Below are positions 39,715-50,900 of a stretch of 64,000 nt of DNA, one piece after another. The notes under the pieces are model-generated. The model had not been told where the DNA came from and ran no database searches. It worked only from the letters and a program-made list of their open reading frames with translations. The translations under genes were made by a program, and so were the position numbers. The stretch is from assembly GCA_963733675.1 (NCBI GenBank), contig CAVTET010000006.1, positions 96,001-160,000 on the forward strand, in the 5' to 3' direction. Position 1 is the stretch's first letter; each line of letters opens with the position of its first letter. Source of the DNA: an uncultured Methanosarcinaceae archaeon (GTDB lineage Archaea > Halobacteriota > Methanosarcinia > Methanosarcinales > Methanosarcinaceae).

Positions 39715-40567
39715 GGTTCCGTTGCAAAAACTTCAACAAAATATGTAAATCTATAAGTGATTAATAAAAATCAAAACATTCAAGGAAAATGTACTAACAT
39801 TATAAAACTATATCAAATAATTGATTAATGTATTTGACTTCATTAAGAACAGAGTAATTTAAATTATTGACTTATCTTTTTTGATCATATTTATAGCTTC
39901 AATTCCTTTTAAAGTCTTATTAGCAGATCGAAAAGACTGAAATCCTAACATTGGATTAACGATTCTCTTTATAGATCTGTGATCTTGTTCTATAATGTTA
40001 TTCAAATACTTGATTTGTCGAATGCCTACGTTTTTAGGTAGTATTTTATCATTTTTCAGTTTACCTATAGCAGGTGGATAAGCTGGATTCTTATCAACTG
40101 TTATTACTCTTGGAATTTGATTATGATTAGAACTCAAAGCTTTCTTAAAAAATATCTTCGCTGCATTTCGATTTCGTTTTGCACTTAACATGAAATCAAT
40201 TGTATCTCCATTTGAGTCAACTGCTCGGTAAAGATATTTCCATTTACCTTTTATTTTGATACAGGTTTCATCAACTTTCCACGAATCATTGTTGATCTTA
40301 AATGTCTTCTGATCTTCTTTTCTATTTCAGGGGAATATTGATATACCCATCTCACGATTGTTGTATGGTCGACTTTTGCTCCCCTTTCTATCATCATTTC
40401 CTTTAAATTTCTATAACTTAATGGATATTTTAAGTACCATCTTACATTTAATAGGATAATTTCTCCTTCATAATGCTTCCATTTAAAGGAATTAGATAGC
40501 ATATTACTATCTTTGATTTTCTTTTTATTTTATTGTATCATTAGAAAGGATTTTTTGCAACGGAACC
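39715..40567 (-). mobile_element. IS6-family insertion sequence with frameshifted transposase
   Basis: Perfect 16-bp IR GGTTCCGTTGCAAAAA; RWYLKYPLSYRNL, DKNPAYP, KYLNNIIEQDHR. Confidence 0.93.
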
Positions 40568-41144
40568 ATCTGATGTATCAGAGATATCCATGCCTATTAC
40601 TTAAGTAGCAGAGCGTTGACGTTTAATCTTTAGCATGAAGATGTAAAGGGATTCAGAAATTATTAAGCATAACAATTAGTTTATTTAAATTCTAACAAAT
40701 AACACTGCTTTAAAGTGTGGAATTACAAGTTATAAATTTTTAAATTTTATAAGTAACTTTATATTTTAATAAATATATTTGATATTACTTATGTGGTTAA
40801 CTAATAAACAAGTGGTATTAGAGTTTAAAAGTGGTATTAGAGTTTAAATTATCTCAATCGTAATCTTTATGCAAGATATCCTGGCGCTTAGAGTTTTTAT
40901 TTTCTACCTCATAACGCATAAATCATATTATTATTCACTATATCCATGGTAGACCAGCGACAGGCCAATATGAATAAACAGAAGCATATAAAGTTGATGT
41001 TTTTTACATCTGCAGCTTGAGAATAGATCGAAAAACAAATGGGAATCGATCAAAAAAAGAGAGGGGTTAGAAAAATAAACTCTTTCAGATCCATATTAAC
41101 TCTCTCAGATCCATATTTAGTGTCAATTATAGCAATGTATAGGA

Positions 41145-41567
41145 GTGAAATTGTTGAAACAATCAGTTAGTAGAATAAAAAATGTACCGCCGATTTTGCT
41201 GGCAGTCCTCTTTGTAGTGTCTTTAACAGTTACATCAGTGAGCGCATATCCTTATTATGATGATTATGGTGGCCCTGTTTGGGGATGGGGTGCAGTTCCC
41301 GCCGTTGGTGCAGTTCCCGCCGTTGGTGCAGTTCCCGCCGTTGGCGCAGTTCCCGCCGTTGGCGCAGTTTCAGCCGTTGGTGCAGTTCCCGCCGTTGGCG
41401 CAGTTTCAGCCGTTGGTGCAGTTCCCGCCGTTGGCGCAGTTTCAGCCGTTGGTGCAGTTCCCGCCGTTGGCGCAGTTTCAGCCGTTGGTGCAGTTCCCGC
41501 CGTTGGTGCAGTTCCCGCCGTTGGTGCAGTTCCCGCCGTTGGTGCAGTTTCAGGCCTTTGGATTTAA
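41145..41567 (+). CDS. Secreted low-complexity peptide with (GAV[P/S]AV)14 repeat
   Basis: aggagtg RBS/GTG start, Sec-type signal peptide ending VSA, mature start YPYYDDYGG, 14 hexapeptide repeats. Confidence 0.7.
   Translation: MKLLKQSVSRIKNVPPILLAVLFVVSLTVTSVSAYPYYDDYGGPVWGWGAVPAVGAVPAVGAVPAVGAVPAVGAVSAVGAVPAVGAVSAVGAVPAVGAVSAVGAVPAVGAVSAVGAVPAVGAVPAVGAVPAVGAVSGLWI
41289..41552 (+). repeat. 18-bp tandem repeat, 14 full copies plus a partial
   Basis: gg(t/c)gcagtt(ccc/tca)gccgtt. Confidence 0.97.
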
Positions 41568-42805
41568 TTGTGGAATGCTCACAATCTTGAGTGGGAATGG
41601 AAGTATTTAAGTGATAATGACAAAAACTGTCAATGAATAGCCTGTCTATGCTGTTTATATAAGGGTCGTAATGCTTCTGTGATCTTCGGAGAGAATACAC
41701 AAAAAGTCAGTAGAGATATTTCATGAAATTAGGATTGAGGCACCTAACTTCATTAAAATGAAAGTTTTGGTGTTACTTTAATTATGAAAGGAATTCTTCA
41801 AAATCAAATGTTTTGATCTTTCCTGAAGAGGCTTTTGAATGGTCTCTTGTTGCATTATTTATTCAACAGAATATCTCACATCAGAATCTGACAAGGTATC
41901 TTCATTTCTTCTGGGATAGTCAAAAATATTGAGGATCCTACACGATATATATTTGTCAATAAAAATTAAATAGAGTGATGAAAAGAAGAATCTCCGAGAT
42001 GACAGACCTGTACAGTGCTTCAAGTACATATTTTGCATCACTAAAAGAATACCTCGATTTGACGTAAAATCTATTGAATTTAAGGAAACAATCAAAATTT
42101 CAATTTAATTCTAAAGAAGAAATACTCAAGGTAGATTATCCGGCCTATGGTAATTTTAGCTCTGAGAGAAAAGTGGGCATTATAGAGTCAACAGAATTGA
42201 TTTACAGTAGCTGAGGACTCTATGAGAACTGAGTCCTAAATGAGTTTCGTTTTAACCCTTGGTAGTTATTGTAAGTATTGCAAACAGAAAAATGACTACT
42301 ACCATTACGGAAAAAATAACTGAATTAAAGGAAGACATGCTTCAATGCATAAAAATGTAGCATTCATTAAACTGAAAGTTTAATCATAAAGACATCAGTC
42401 ATCAATGATAGAGTATTCCTTCTTTTAGAAAATAACATAAGTATAAACAACATTTTGAAAAATAGCATTTGCTTAGAAATCTCAAAGATATTTTATGATT
42501 TCTTTAAAAATGTGACAGTTGCCACAATAAAACACTATATTTAGGAAGCTTAGAGGAATTCAAAAGCAAAGTTTAAATCATCTAAATTGAAACAATCTGG
42601 TCAAAAAAGAATCGACGATTTCTGAGTTTCAAAAAAGAGATAGAGGCTTGAAGCATGCCCATTCTTTAGGGTAGGTTGGAAGCACATAATTTATTTTTTT
42701 TAAATCCTTATTTCAGCTAGCTGATGCCAGTCAAAACTATTTCGAGGTAAATTTGCAAAGTTTAAGGATGCTAAAGTTTAATTAGTGCAGAGTCTGTAAT
42801 CCCAT

Positions 42806-45348
42806 TTGATGAAGTCTGAAAAACCGGAACTTCTGGCTCCAGCTGGAGACATGAGAGCTCTTATCGCAGCCGTAGTAAATGGAGCAGATGCTGTGTACCT
42901 TGGAGCTCAGGTTTTCAGTGCCCGGGGGTATGCATCGAATTTTTCAGAAAAAGAGCAGGAAGAAGCAATTGATTATGCCCATCTTAGAGGCGTAAAGGTA
43001 TACTTCACTGTAAATACTCTGCTTAAGGATGAAGAAGTTAATAGCGCCCTCAAACTGCTTTTTCGGCTGAGAGAAATGGGAGCAGATGCAATTATCATCC
43101 AGGATCTTGGGTTGATTTCCCTTGTCAGAAAATATCTGCCAGATCTTCCGCTGCATGCGAGCACACAGATGACTCTGCATAACAGTGAAGGAGTTGAATT
43201 TGTAAAAAAATTAGGAATCAAAAGAGTTGTGCTCTCTAGGGAATCCTCCCTTAAGGATATAAAACGGATAAAAGAAACGAGCGGAGTTGATATTGAAATT
43301 TTTATCCATGGAGCTCTATGCATTTCCTATTCTGGTCAGTGTCTCCTGAGTAGTCTTATAGGTGGAAGAAGTGGAAACAGAGGATATTGTGCCCAGCCAT
43401 GCCGAAAAAAGTATAGGCTGTACTGCGATGGAAAACATATCATAACAACCGGAGACCATCTCTTAAGTCCAAAGGACCTTAACACAAGTTCAGATCTGGG
43501 AGCTCTTATAGAAGCAGGGATTGAGTTCTTTAAAATCGAGGGCAGAATGAAGAGATTTGAATATGTTGCAGGTGTTGTCAGGGTCTATCGACGCCTTCTT
43601 GACAGGTATGCTGAAAATCCTGCAGCATATTATGTTTCCGAAGAAGAAAAGGAAATGCTTACCCAGATCTTTAATAGAAATTTTACTTCTGGCTACTTCT
43701 TCGAAACTCCACACGGAAAACTCATGAGCAGGGAAAATCCACAGAATCGTGGAATTCCAGCAGGCACTGTCGTGGGGTATGATCATAGTTCAAATCAAAT
43801 TCTTGTAAAGCTTTCGCACTTTCTCCAGCTTGGTGATGGGATAATGGTCAAAAACGCCGATACCGCATCAGAAGGTAAAGGAAAAATCGTATCTTCAATG
43901 CGTACTGAGAAGGGTCTTGTATACAGTGCAGAGAAAGGAGATATAGTAGAGCTTCCATTTGATTCAAGGGTGCCATCAGGAAGTACGGTATACAGGACAC
44001 AGGATAAGAAGCTTATGGAGTCCCTTAAAAGAGGAAACGAATCCGAAACTTTGAGGCCTAAGATTCTTGTATCTATTACCTTAACCGTTAAAGTAGGAAG
44101 ACCTATCAGACTTGTGATAAAGGATAGGGATTCAAACACAATAACAATCGAATCCGAATATCTTGTTGAGAAGGCAGAGAAGCACCCCATTTCAACAGCT
44201 CAGATCGAAAAACAGCTATCAAAGCTTGGAAATACACTTTTTGAGGCAACTGAGATTAATGTAAATTTGGAAGGTGATGTTTTTGTCCCTGTGGGCCAGT
44301 TGAACGACCTGAGGACAAAAGCAATCTTACAGCTAGAAAATCTACGGATATCAAAGTGGAAGCGAAAACCTCTTCATTATCTGAACTTCCCTGATCAAGT
44401 TGAAAAAATGAGAAGAGAAGGAGAGCATTTCACCACGAAAAACTTCCCTGCACATCCTATGCTTTCGGTTTCCGTTTATTCCTTAAAAGGGCTCGACGGA
44501 GCGATTGCAGGAGGAGCAGATTGTATTTATTTCGAAGAAGGGGTTATCAGAAAATCGAAAATAGCGGTACAAAAAAAAAAAATGCGAAGGATCAAGATAT
44601 CATTTTCGAAAAAGCTGTTTTAAGAATCCGGGCTGCAGGCAGAAAAATATATTTTAGTACCCCAAAGATTGTGAAAGACCCAGAAATGGAATCCGTAAAA
44701 AAAATTATATTTCTTGCCAAAAAGCTAAAAGCTGATGGCGTTCTTGTATCAAATCTGGGGACCTTAAACCTCGCAAAAGTAGAGAATATCCCTTTTATTG
44801 TAGACAGTTCTTTAAATATACTTAACAGCTTTACTTTTTCTTATTTTTTGCAGTACGGAGCTCAAATGGTTGTAATTTCTCCGGAGCTAACGCTTGAAGA
44901 ACTAAAAGAAATTGCTTCTTGCGGGCCTGCGGAATGTATCGTCCACGGGAGGCTGGAATTAATAGAATCTGAACACTGCCTTGTGGGAGGGCTGATTGGC
45001 AAACATCCTAAATATTGCAATGCACCATGCGGTTCTGGAAATTTTACACTGGTTGATGAAAAATATTACGAATTTCCTTTGCTCATGGACTATCAGTGCA
45101 GAATGCATATCCTCAATTCCAAATCTCTCTGCATGCTTGAATATGTTCCTATGCTTCTTGAAAGCGGAGTCTTAAGTCTTAGGATAGGGATTCTCGAAAT
45201 GAAAAATGATGAAGAAACAAGGGAAGTAACCTATGCATACAGGAATGCAATTGATACCTATCTAAGGGGCGGAGATATCCTACACAAAAATTGTGGGAAG
45301 CAGGGAAAAGGTTTCACTACAGGGCATTATTTCAGGGGTGTGAATTAA
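42806..45348 (+). CDS. U32 family / DUF3656 protein (RlhA-like), split by a -1 frameshift at an A12 run
   Basis: ELLAPAG, LHASTQM, HGALCISYSGQC...NRGYCAQPCR, KIEGRMK; C-terminal ORF 44521-45348 ends FTTGHYFRG. Confidence 0.85.
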
Positions 45349-45555
45349 AAAAATCAGGAGTACGGGAAAATGAATAGAAAAGTAAGTTCTATGGAAGTTA
45401 AGGAGGTAAATAATATGGAAATTGAGGAGGTAACTGCTATAAAAGTTAAGGCAAGAAGATAGTTACGGAAAAGAAATCCCGAAAATTATCCTGTCGGATC
45501 GATTAGTTTAGACAGGCGGCTTAAAATATGAGTTAGTTAGTTAATAACTGTTTTC

Positions 45556-45600
45556 GAGGAAGTTTCCATCTTCGCAGCAAGTTACAGAGTCTAGGATGGG
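45556..45600 (+). repeat. REP/PATE-like repeat copy
   Basis: gaggaagtttccatcttcgcagcaagtt, similar to 11390. Confidence 0.5.
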
Positions 45601-45679
45601 ATATCACAAAATTTGAAAATTTTACTGCATTATAAAACTCAATGATAATTATAAATAAGTTATACTCGTATATATATTT

Positions 45680-45937
45680 ATGCCAGTTTGGATCACAGAA
45701 ATTTTAGTATTTATTGTGGCACTTATAGTAGCTATCTTGCTATATAAAGCTCTCAAAACCGCCACCAGCCTTGTTATAAATGCAGTTCTTGGAATTTTAG
45801 TACTGACTGCAGTAAAATTTTTACTCGGACTTGAAATCGCGATCACCTGGGTAGCAGTTTTTATCTGTGCAATAGGAGGCATTTTCGGAGCACTTATCAT
45901 AATTGTGTTGAATTATCTTAAAATAGCTTTTTTATAA
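45680..45937 (+). CDS. BofA-like small membrane protein
   Basis: Three hydrophobic segments, NAVLG.L.L and GGIFGA.L motifs. Confidence 0.75.
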   Translation: MPVWITEILVFIVALIVAILLYKALKTATSLVINAVLGILVLTAVKFLLGLEIAITWVAVFICAIGGIFGALIIIVLNYLKIAFL

Positions 45938-46049
45938 AATTACAACGCGAAATAAGAAAATCACAGGAATCGGCGGAAATAAAGGAATGCATATGAATTT
46001 AAAGTGTAGACAGCTTCTTGAAGGATATATTAAAGGCTTTCGAAGATTC

Positions 46050-46428
46050 CTCTCGCCATATGCCCACTATAAATTCATTTACCAAAAATTTGTTCATTTA
46101 TTACATTTTTTAATTTCTTGCTGTGATACTCATTATATAAATGTATCACTCTTAAAGGATAATGTTTTTGTTCAACATCAACGAAAAAATGTATATTATC
46201 ATCATAATGATTGCATCAAACTCAAAAACAGTATCTTTCCAAATTTCAAAGCATATATATTCCAAATAGTTGATGATGTAATTATTCAAAATAAATATTC
46301 TACGATACTTTATAAAAAAACCATGTGATATCTTAGAAGATTTCGATCAACGACTGAATTTCGTCATATGCTTTATAACTTATATACAGATTATTCTTGA
46401 AAATGAGAACTTTATCTAAATCCTACTT
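46050..46428. mobile_element. Degraded transposase-like repeat (copy 3) with an adjoining MITE at 46333-46428
   Basis: Similar to 3900-4260; tagaagatttcgat ... tttatctaaatccta. Confidence 0.5.
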
Positions 46429-46822
46429 ATTTTATAAACACATTGGTTTGCATGACGTAGTTCTATTTTATAGTTCACAGGTAGCTCATTCATAATTCAG
46501 TCAGTAAATAATGGATTTGGGGGAGCCTTCATCACTGCAGCAAACTGCGGTGCATTAGATTGGAATAAGAAGTATTCTTTTTTCGGATCCAAAATTATCA
46601 CAATATTGAAATTGGATTCGTAGTCCTTAAATTTATATTAAAACTATTTTTTGAGTACGCTAATTCAGAACATATATAAAAACAATTTTTTTAACACTCT
46701 GATAAATTTAGTTGATTCTTCACCTAAAATCATTTTCCCTTTTCTATTCCAGGCTCGAAAGTTTCTCACACCTTTTTTTAAGCAGTGTAGATTTCCATTA
46801 ATTTTAAATTATACGGCAACTT

Positions 46823-47626
46823 ATGGAAAAGCTGATGGCCCAAAAAATTCTTATTACCAATGATGACGGTGTATATTCCACAGGCCTTAAAGCTGCTTTT
46901 GATAGCGTTTCGGATCTTGGAGAAGTTACAATTTCGGCTCCTGCTGTCCAGCAGAGTGGGGTCGGACGTTCGATTTCTATCTTTGAGCCCCTTCGAATCA
47001 CAAAAACAGATGTAGGAGGTATACCTGCATATGCTGTGAGTGGAACTCCTACCGACTCTGTAATTCTGGGTATCTTCACGATTCTCAAGGAAATGCCTGA
47101 CTTGGTGCTCTCCGGCTTTAACATTGGAGAAAATATCAGTACGGATACGATTACTACCTCAGGGACAATCGGAGGAGCCCTGGAAGCTGCAAGTTACGGC
47201 ATTCCTGCAATTGCAGCCTCCATGCAAGTGCTCGATGAAGGACAGAAATTCGATGATCCTAGAGATTATCACAGAGAGCGCTTCGAAACAGGGATAAAAG
47301 TAGTGAACAGGATTGCCCAAAACGTCCTAAAGCATGGGATGCCGGAGAATGTGGACCTCCTGAACATCAATATTCCCTATCATGCAGAAGAAAATACGCC
47401 GATAGAGATCACTCGCCTTGCACGGAAAGTTTTTAAAACTGATGTCGAAGAACGTCATGATCCGAGAGGCAGACCCTATTACTGGATTGCTGGAAAAATG
47501 ATCAAGGAAGAGAAAGAAGGGACAGATGTGCACTCAATAATGCAAAAAGGGCACGTCTCAATAACTCCTGTTTCTCTGGATTCAACTGCTAGGATAGATT
47601 TTTCCGAGATCACAAAGTATCTCTAA
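46823..47626 (+). CDS. surE: 5'/3'-nucleotidase SurE
   Basis: ILITNDDG, QSGVG, SGTPTD, LSGFNIGEN, SGTIGGA, DPRGRPYYW. Confidence 0.96.
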   Translation: MEKLMAQKILITNDDGVYSTGLKAAFDSVSDLGEVTISAPAVQQSGVGRSISIFEPLRITKTDVGGIPAYAVSGTPTDSVILGIFTILKEMPDLVLSGFNIGENISTDTITTSGTIGGALEAASYGIPAIAASMQVLDEGQKFDDPRDYHRERFETGIKVVNRIAQNVLKHGMPENVDLLNINIPYHAEENTPIEITRLARKVFKTDVEERHDPRGRPYYWIAGKMIKEEKEGTDVHSIMQKGHVSITPVSLDSTARIDFSEITKYL

Positions 47627-48015
47627 ACTACCCTCAAATTTTAATTTCTTTTAAAATGAAAATTCTTGTGGCGTAGAAATTTTGATTTTCTTTTTGACAG
47701 ATAATTTTTTTTGTATTTTTTTTAGATACTTACATTATCAATTATTTAATTTATATATGCATTGAAATTGGTAAAAGGTATCGTTTTTAATTCGATGCAA
47801 TTGGTAATGATGATAATTATTTACATCTTTCCATTGGTGCCGAACCAAAAAAAATCTACCTCAAAAGTGATTAAGATTCTGAAAAGTATCACAGCAAGAA
47901 GAATCTTCAAAGAATAACTTGAAATTAAAAAGTAGTTGTGGTTAGCGAGCTGTGGAGTGATAAGGGTCATATTGAAATGCGGATGATGATACAACTTTAA
48001 ATGTAATTAAAAACT

Positions 48016-48815
48016 AAGAGGCTATCCGAAAAGTTCTGCTGATCTGAATGTTATCAATGCGCACGCTAAATGTAGCGTAGCAAGGTAATTTTCAATTTTT
48101 TTTCCCCATCTTATAAGGAGTCTTCTGAATCTATTCAGCCAAGAATGTGTCCTTTCTACAACCCATCTTCTTGCCCTAAAACCAGGTATGTCTCTTCTTA
48201 TGTTTTCTTCTCCACAACTTTTGATATGCGCAGTATAACCATATTCTTCAATCAATTTTCTGATATCTGTGAAATCATAACCCTTATCCATGCATATGTT
48301 CTGAATTATGTCTTCTGGAGAAGGTCTTTCAAAGAATATGGCGTCTAAAGTCCTTTTTACAAGCTTTTTATCGTGACGATTGGCTCCATCCACGACAACA
48401 GAAAGTGGTATGCCTTTACCATCAGTTAAAACAATCCTTTTTGTACCTTTTTTGCCACGATCAGTAGGATTGGCTCCTGTTCCAGCTCCATCTAGTGATG
48501 CTTTTGTCATAGCACCATCAATCGATTGTCATTCCCATTCCTGAAATCGATCATGTACAGTGCTTGGAGCTCCATAAAATCGTGGCAATGCTTTCCATTG
48601 GCAACCAGTAACAAGAAGATAGAAAATGCCACTCATTATTTTCCTATCACCCTTTCTAGGTCTTCCAGACTTCTTTTTTGGCTTAGGTACAGGTAGTAAA
48701 GGTTCTATTTTTCCCCAATAATCTTCAGAAATTTCGTAGTCATGAACAATTTTCCGTTTTGTCATTACCACACATGATCTTAAATTGAAAGTATATTATT
48801 TTTCGGATAGGCTTT
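48016..48815 (-). mobile_element. IS5-family (IS427-like) element with inactivated transposase
   Basis: IR ggctatccgaaaa / ttttcggataggc; TGCQWKALP, W*QSIDG (TGA at 48529), DKGYD, RWVVERTHSW. Confidence 0.9.
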
Positions 48816-49026
48816 AAGTTGGAAATAAGGGAAACTGGGAAGAAAAAAGCTTATGAGAAAATGAAAATATTTGATTTTAAATAAATCATTTGTACTCCGA
48901 ACTATGTCGTGAATATGAGCAGTTGTTTGCAAAGGGAATAGTTAGTGCCACAAAAGCTTTATTTTCTCTCTGAATCAGATAAAAAAGCATCCCTTTATTA
49001 AGCAATAACTTATTAAGTGAATCAAA

Positions 49027-49785
49027 ATGTCGGATCCATTAAAACACACCAAAGTCCATGGAAAAATTCCAATTAAAGAACATTTTCAACTTAAGGAAAC
49101 CATAGTTACGATAGTTGCAAACAACCCAGCTCATATAGAAATCGCAAAAAAGTCAATTCGAACCCACAGGGCAGCCCTCGAAACTTACATCCTTTCTGAC
49201 CCTTATTTTCAGTTTACCCTTGAGCCCTATGAATGCCCAAAAATTGCGCCTGAAGTTGTTAAGAGAATGATAAAAGCTGGGAATATTATGGGGGTAGGGC
49301 CAATGAGTGCGGTTGCAGGCACAATTTCTGCCCTTGCAGTGGAAGCTATGGTAGAAGCCGGAGCAAAGTATGCCATCGTTGATAATGGGGGTGATATAGC
49401 ACTAATTACCGATCAACCTATCGTTATTGGGATCTACTCAGGGCAATCCCCTATCAAAAACTTGGGACTGGTTCTCGAGCCACGGGACTCAATAACAGGT
49501 GTATGCACTTCAGCAGGGACCGTGGGTCCCTCAATAAGTTTTGGAGCGGCAGATGCCGCTTCAGTGTTCTCAGATGATGTTTCTCTGGCTGATGCAGCTG
49601 CAACATCACTTGGAAATGAAGTAGGTCTCGGAAAAGAGTCTGTAAAGGCTTCTTTTAACTCAGTAAAAGGTATCCCAGGAATAAAAGGTGCAATTGTGAT
49701 TCAAGGTGAATACATGGGTATGTGGGGTAATATTCCGAAAATTGCCCAAGTTACTGTAAAATACGAATGCATAACAAAAGCGTGA
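49027..49785 (+). CDS. UPF0280 family protein (ApbE superfamily)
   Basis: [40 protein letters not shown]. Confidence 0.9.
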   Translation: MSDPLKHTKVHGKIPIKEHFQLKETIVTIVANNPAHIEIAKKSIRTHRAALETYILSDPYFQFTLEPYECPKIAPEVVKRMIKAGNIMGVGPMSAVAGTISALAVEAMVEAGAKYAIVDNGGDIALITDQPIVIGIYSGQSPIKNLGLVLEPRDSITGVCTSAGTVGPSISFGAADAASVFSDDVSLADAAATSLGNEVGLGKESVKASFNSVKGIPGIKGAIVIQGEYMGMWGNIPKIAQVTVKYECITKA

Positions 49786-50221
49786 AGATTAGCTTGAAAT
49801 TTTTCAGAAACTTTTTCTAGAGTGTCTTTTGGCCTTTGTTGCGAAAATACATTTTTTACGTGAATATTATTGCCCAATCAGCTGCCTTTACTACTAACTT
49901 ATTTTGATGCTATACATAATGATTAGTTTAATAATTGTTATTATAAAAATAGTCATTCGTATTTCTCGGAGGTGAAATTGTCATTTATATTTAATTCTAA
50001 CCCTCAGAAAGCCCTTGACCACGTCTAGTTTTCACCCATAGGCTTAGATAATAAGTAAATTCCATCTCTTTTTCACGATTTTTCCATGAACGTAAAATCA
50101 ATGTCAAGTGTGGTGAATAATTGCCTCTTTCAGGAAGATTTATGTGATTGTCTGGCTTCCAGCACCCATACCAAAAGTTAATTTTTTTCTTTCATAATCT
50201 TTGTATCATCCCATTTGGATT

Positions 50222-50314
50222 AATAGAATTTCGATAAACCTCAAATTTTTCTGGTTATTTATAATGCCTATATAAGCAAATTGTTGAAATTGGAGATTTA
50301 TCGGAATTCTCTTT
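50222..50314. mobile_element. MITE, 4543 family
   Basis: agaatttcgataaacctc ... gagatttatcggaattctct. Confidence 0.7.
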
Positions 50315-50493
50315 AGTTTATCCAGCCTGTGCACTGTTAAGGTTTGCCTTTTATACTCACTTAATATGCCTTTTGGTAGGTAATCTTCGCAGGAAATAGA
50401 AACGTGCTGTAACCTACGTGGCACGCAGTCTTGAGAATATCCTTGAAAATATTAAGCTGACCGACTTCGGCTTCGATTTTGCAGCACTCATTT

Positions 50494-50691
50494 TTATGAT
50501 ATCCGTGCACATGCTGCGCAGGCACCAGGAATTGGCGATGTGATGCAAGCCGCCAAGCACGCATCCCTGGCAGCAGCTTTTTCCCAATTCTCGATAAAAC
50601 CATGAAGACTTCACGACTGACCGACTCCTCCTTCGATTCTTACAGTGCTCATTTTTCTTAGAACTGGTTTTGCTTGCTTTGGTAACCTCAT
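50494..50691 (-). pseudogene. Cyanobactin-like RiPP precursor peptide with one internal TGA
   Basis: Manual translation MRLPKQAKPVLRKMSTVRIEGGVGQS*SLHGFIENWEKAAARDACLAACITSPIPGACAACARIS*; ggag RBS-like sequence upstream; directly downstream of the PatA-like gene. Confidence 0.72.
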
Positions 50692-50900
50692 AATAAATTT
50701 CTCCGTGTCTCCTTTTTTTATTTCCCGTGAAGTGAGCTATTCTGTCGTCACACAGGCAATTATTTGAAACAAGTCGTCCCTCCTTCAAATTATCCCTACT
50801 TATTATCATCGTCCTCGTCATAGTGATAATAATTGCACATTAGTTGGTGCCACCCAGGTGACGAAAGCCTTAAGGTGGTACTTAATCAAATCGCTTCGGC

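Noticed and set aside
41289-41552. Possible CRISPR array, and alternative repeat frames (QRRELH, VQFPPL, CSSRRW)
   Set aside because: Contiguous 18-bp tandem repeat with no spacers. Only the GAVPAV frame has an RBS and signal peptide, and the Gly-codon variation is synonymous in that frame.
45370-45462. Small ORF with 24-bp imperfect repeats (MEVKEVNN/MEIEEVTA)
   Set aside because: Too short and degenerate, with no supporting motif.
50611-50613. Selenocysteine recoding of the TGA in the precursor
   Set aside because: Methanosarcina are not known to use Sec, no SECIS was recognised, and the neighbouring protease is also decayed.
50361-50821. ORF-track ORFs 50414-50821 and 50361-50603
   Set aside because: They overlap the precursor in other frames and have no recognisable motifs.
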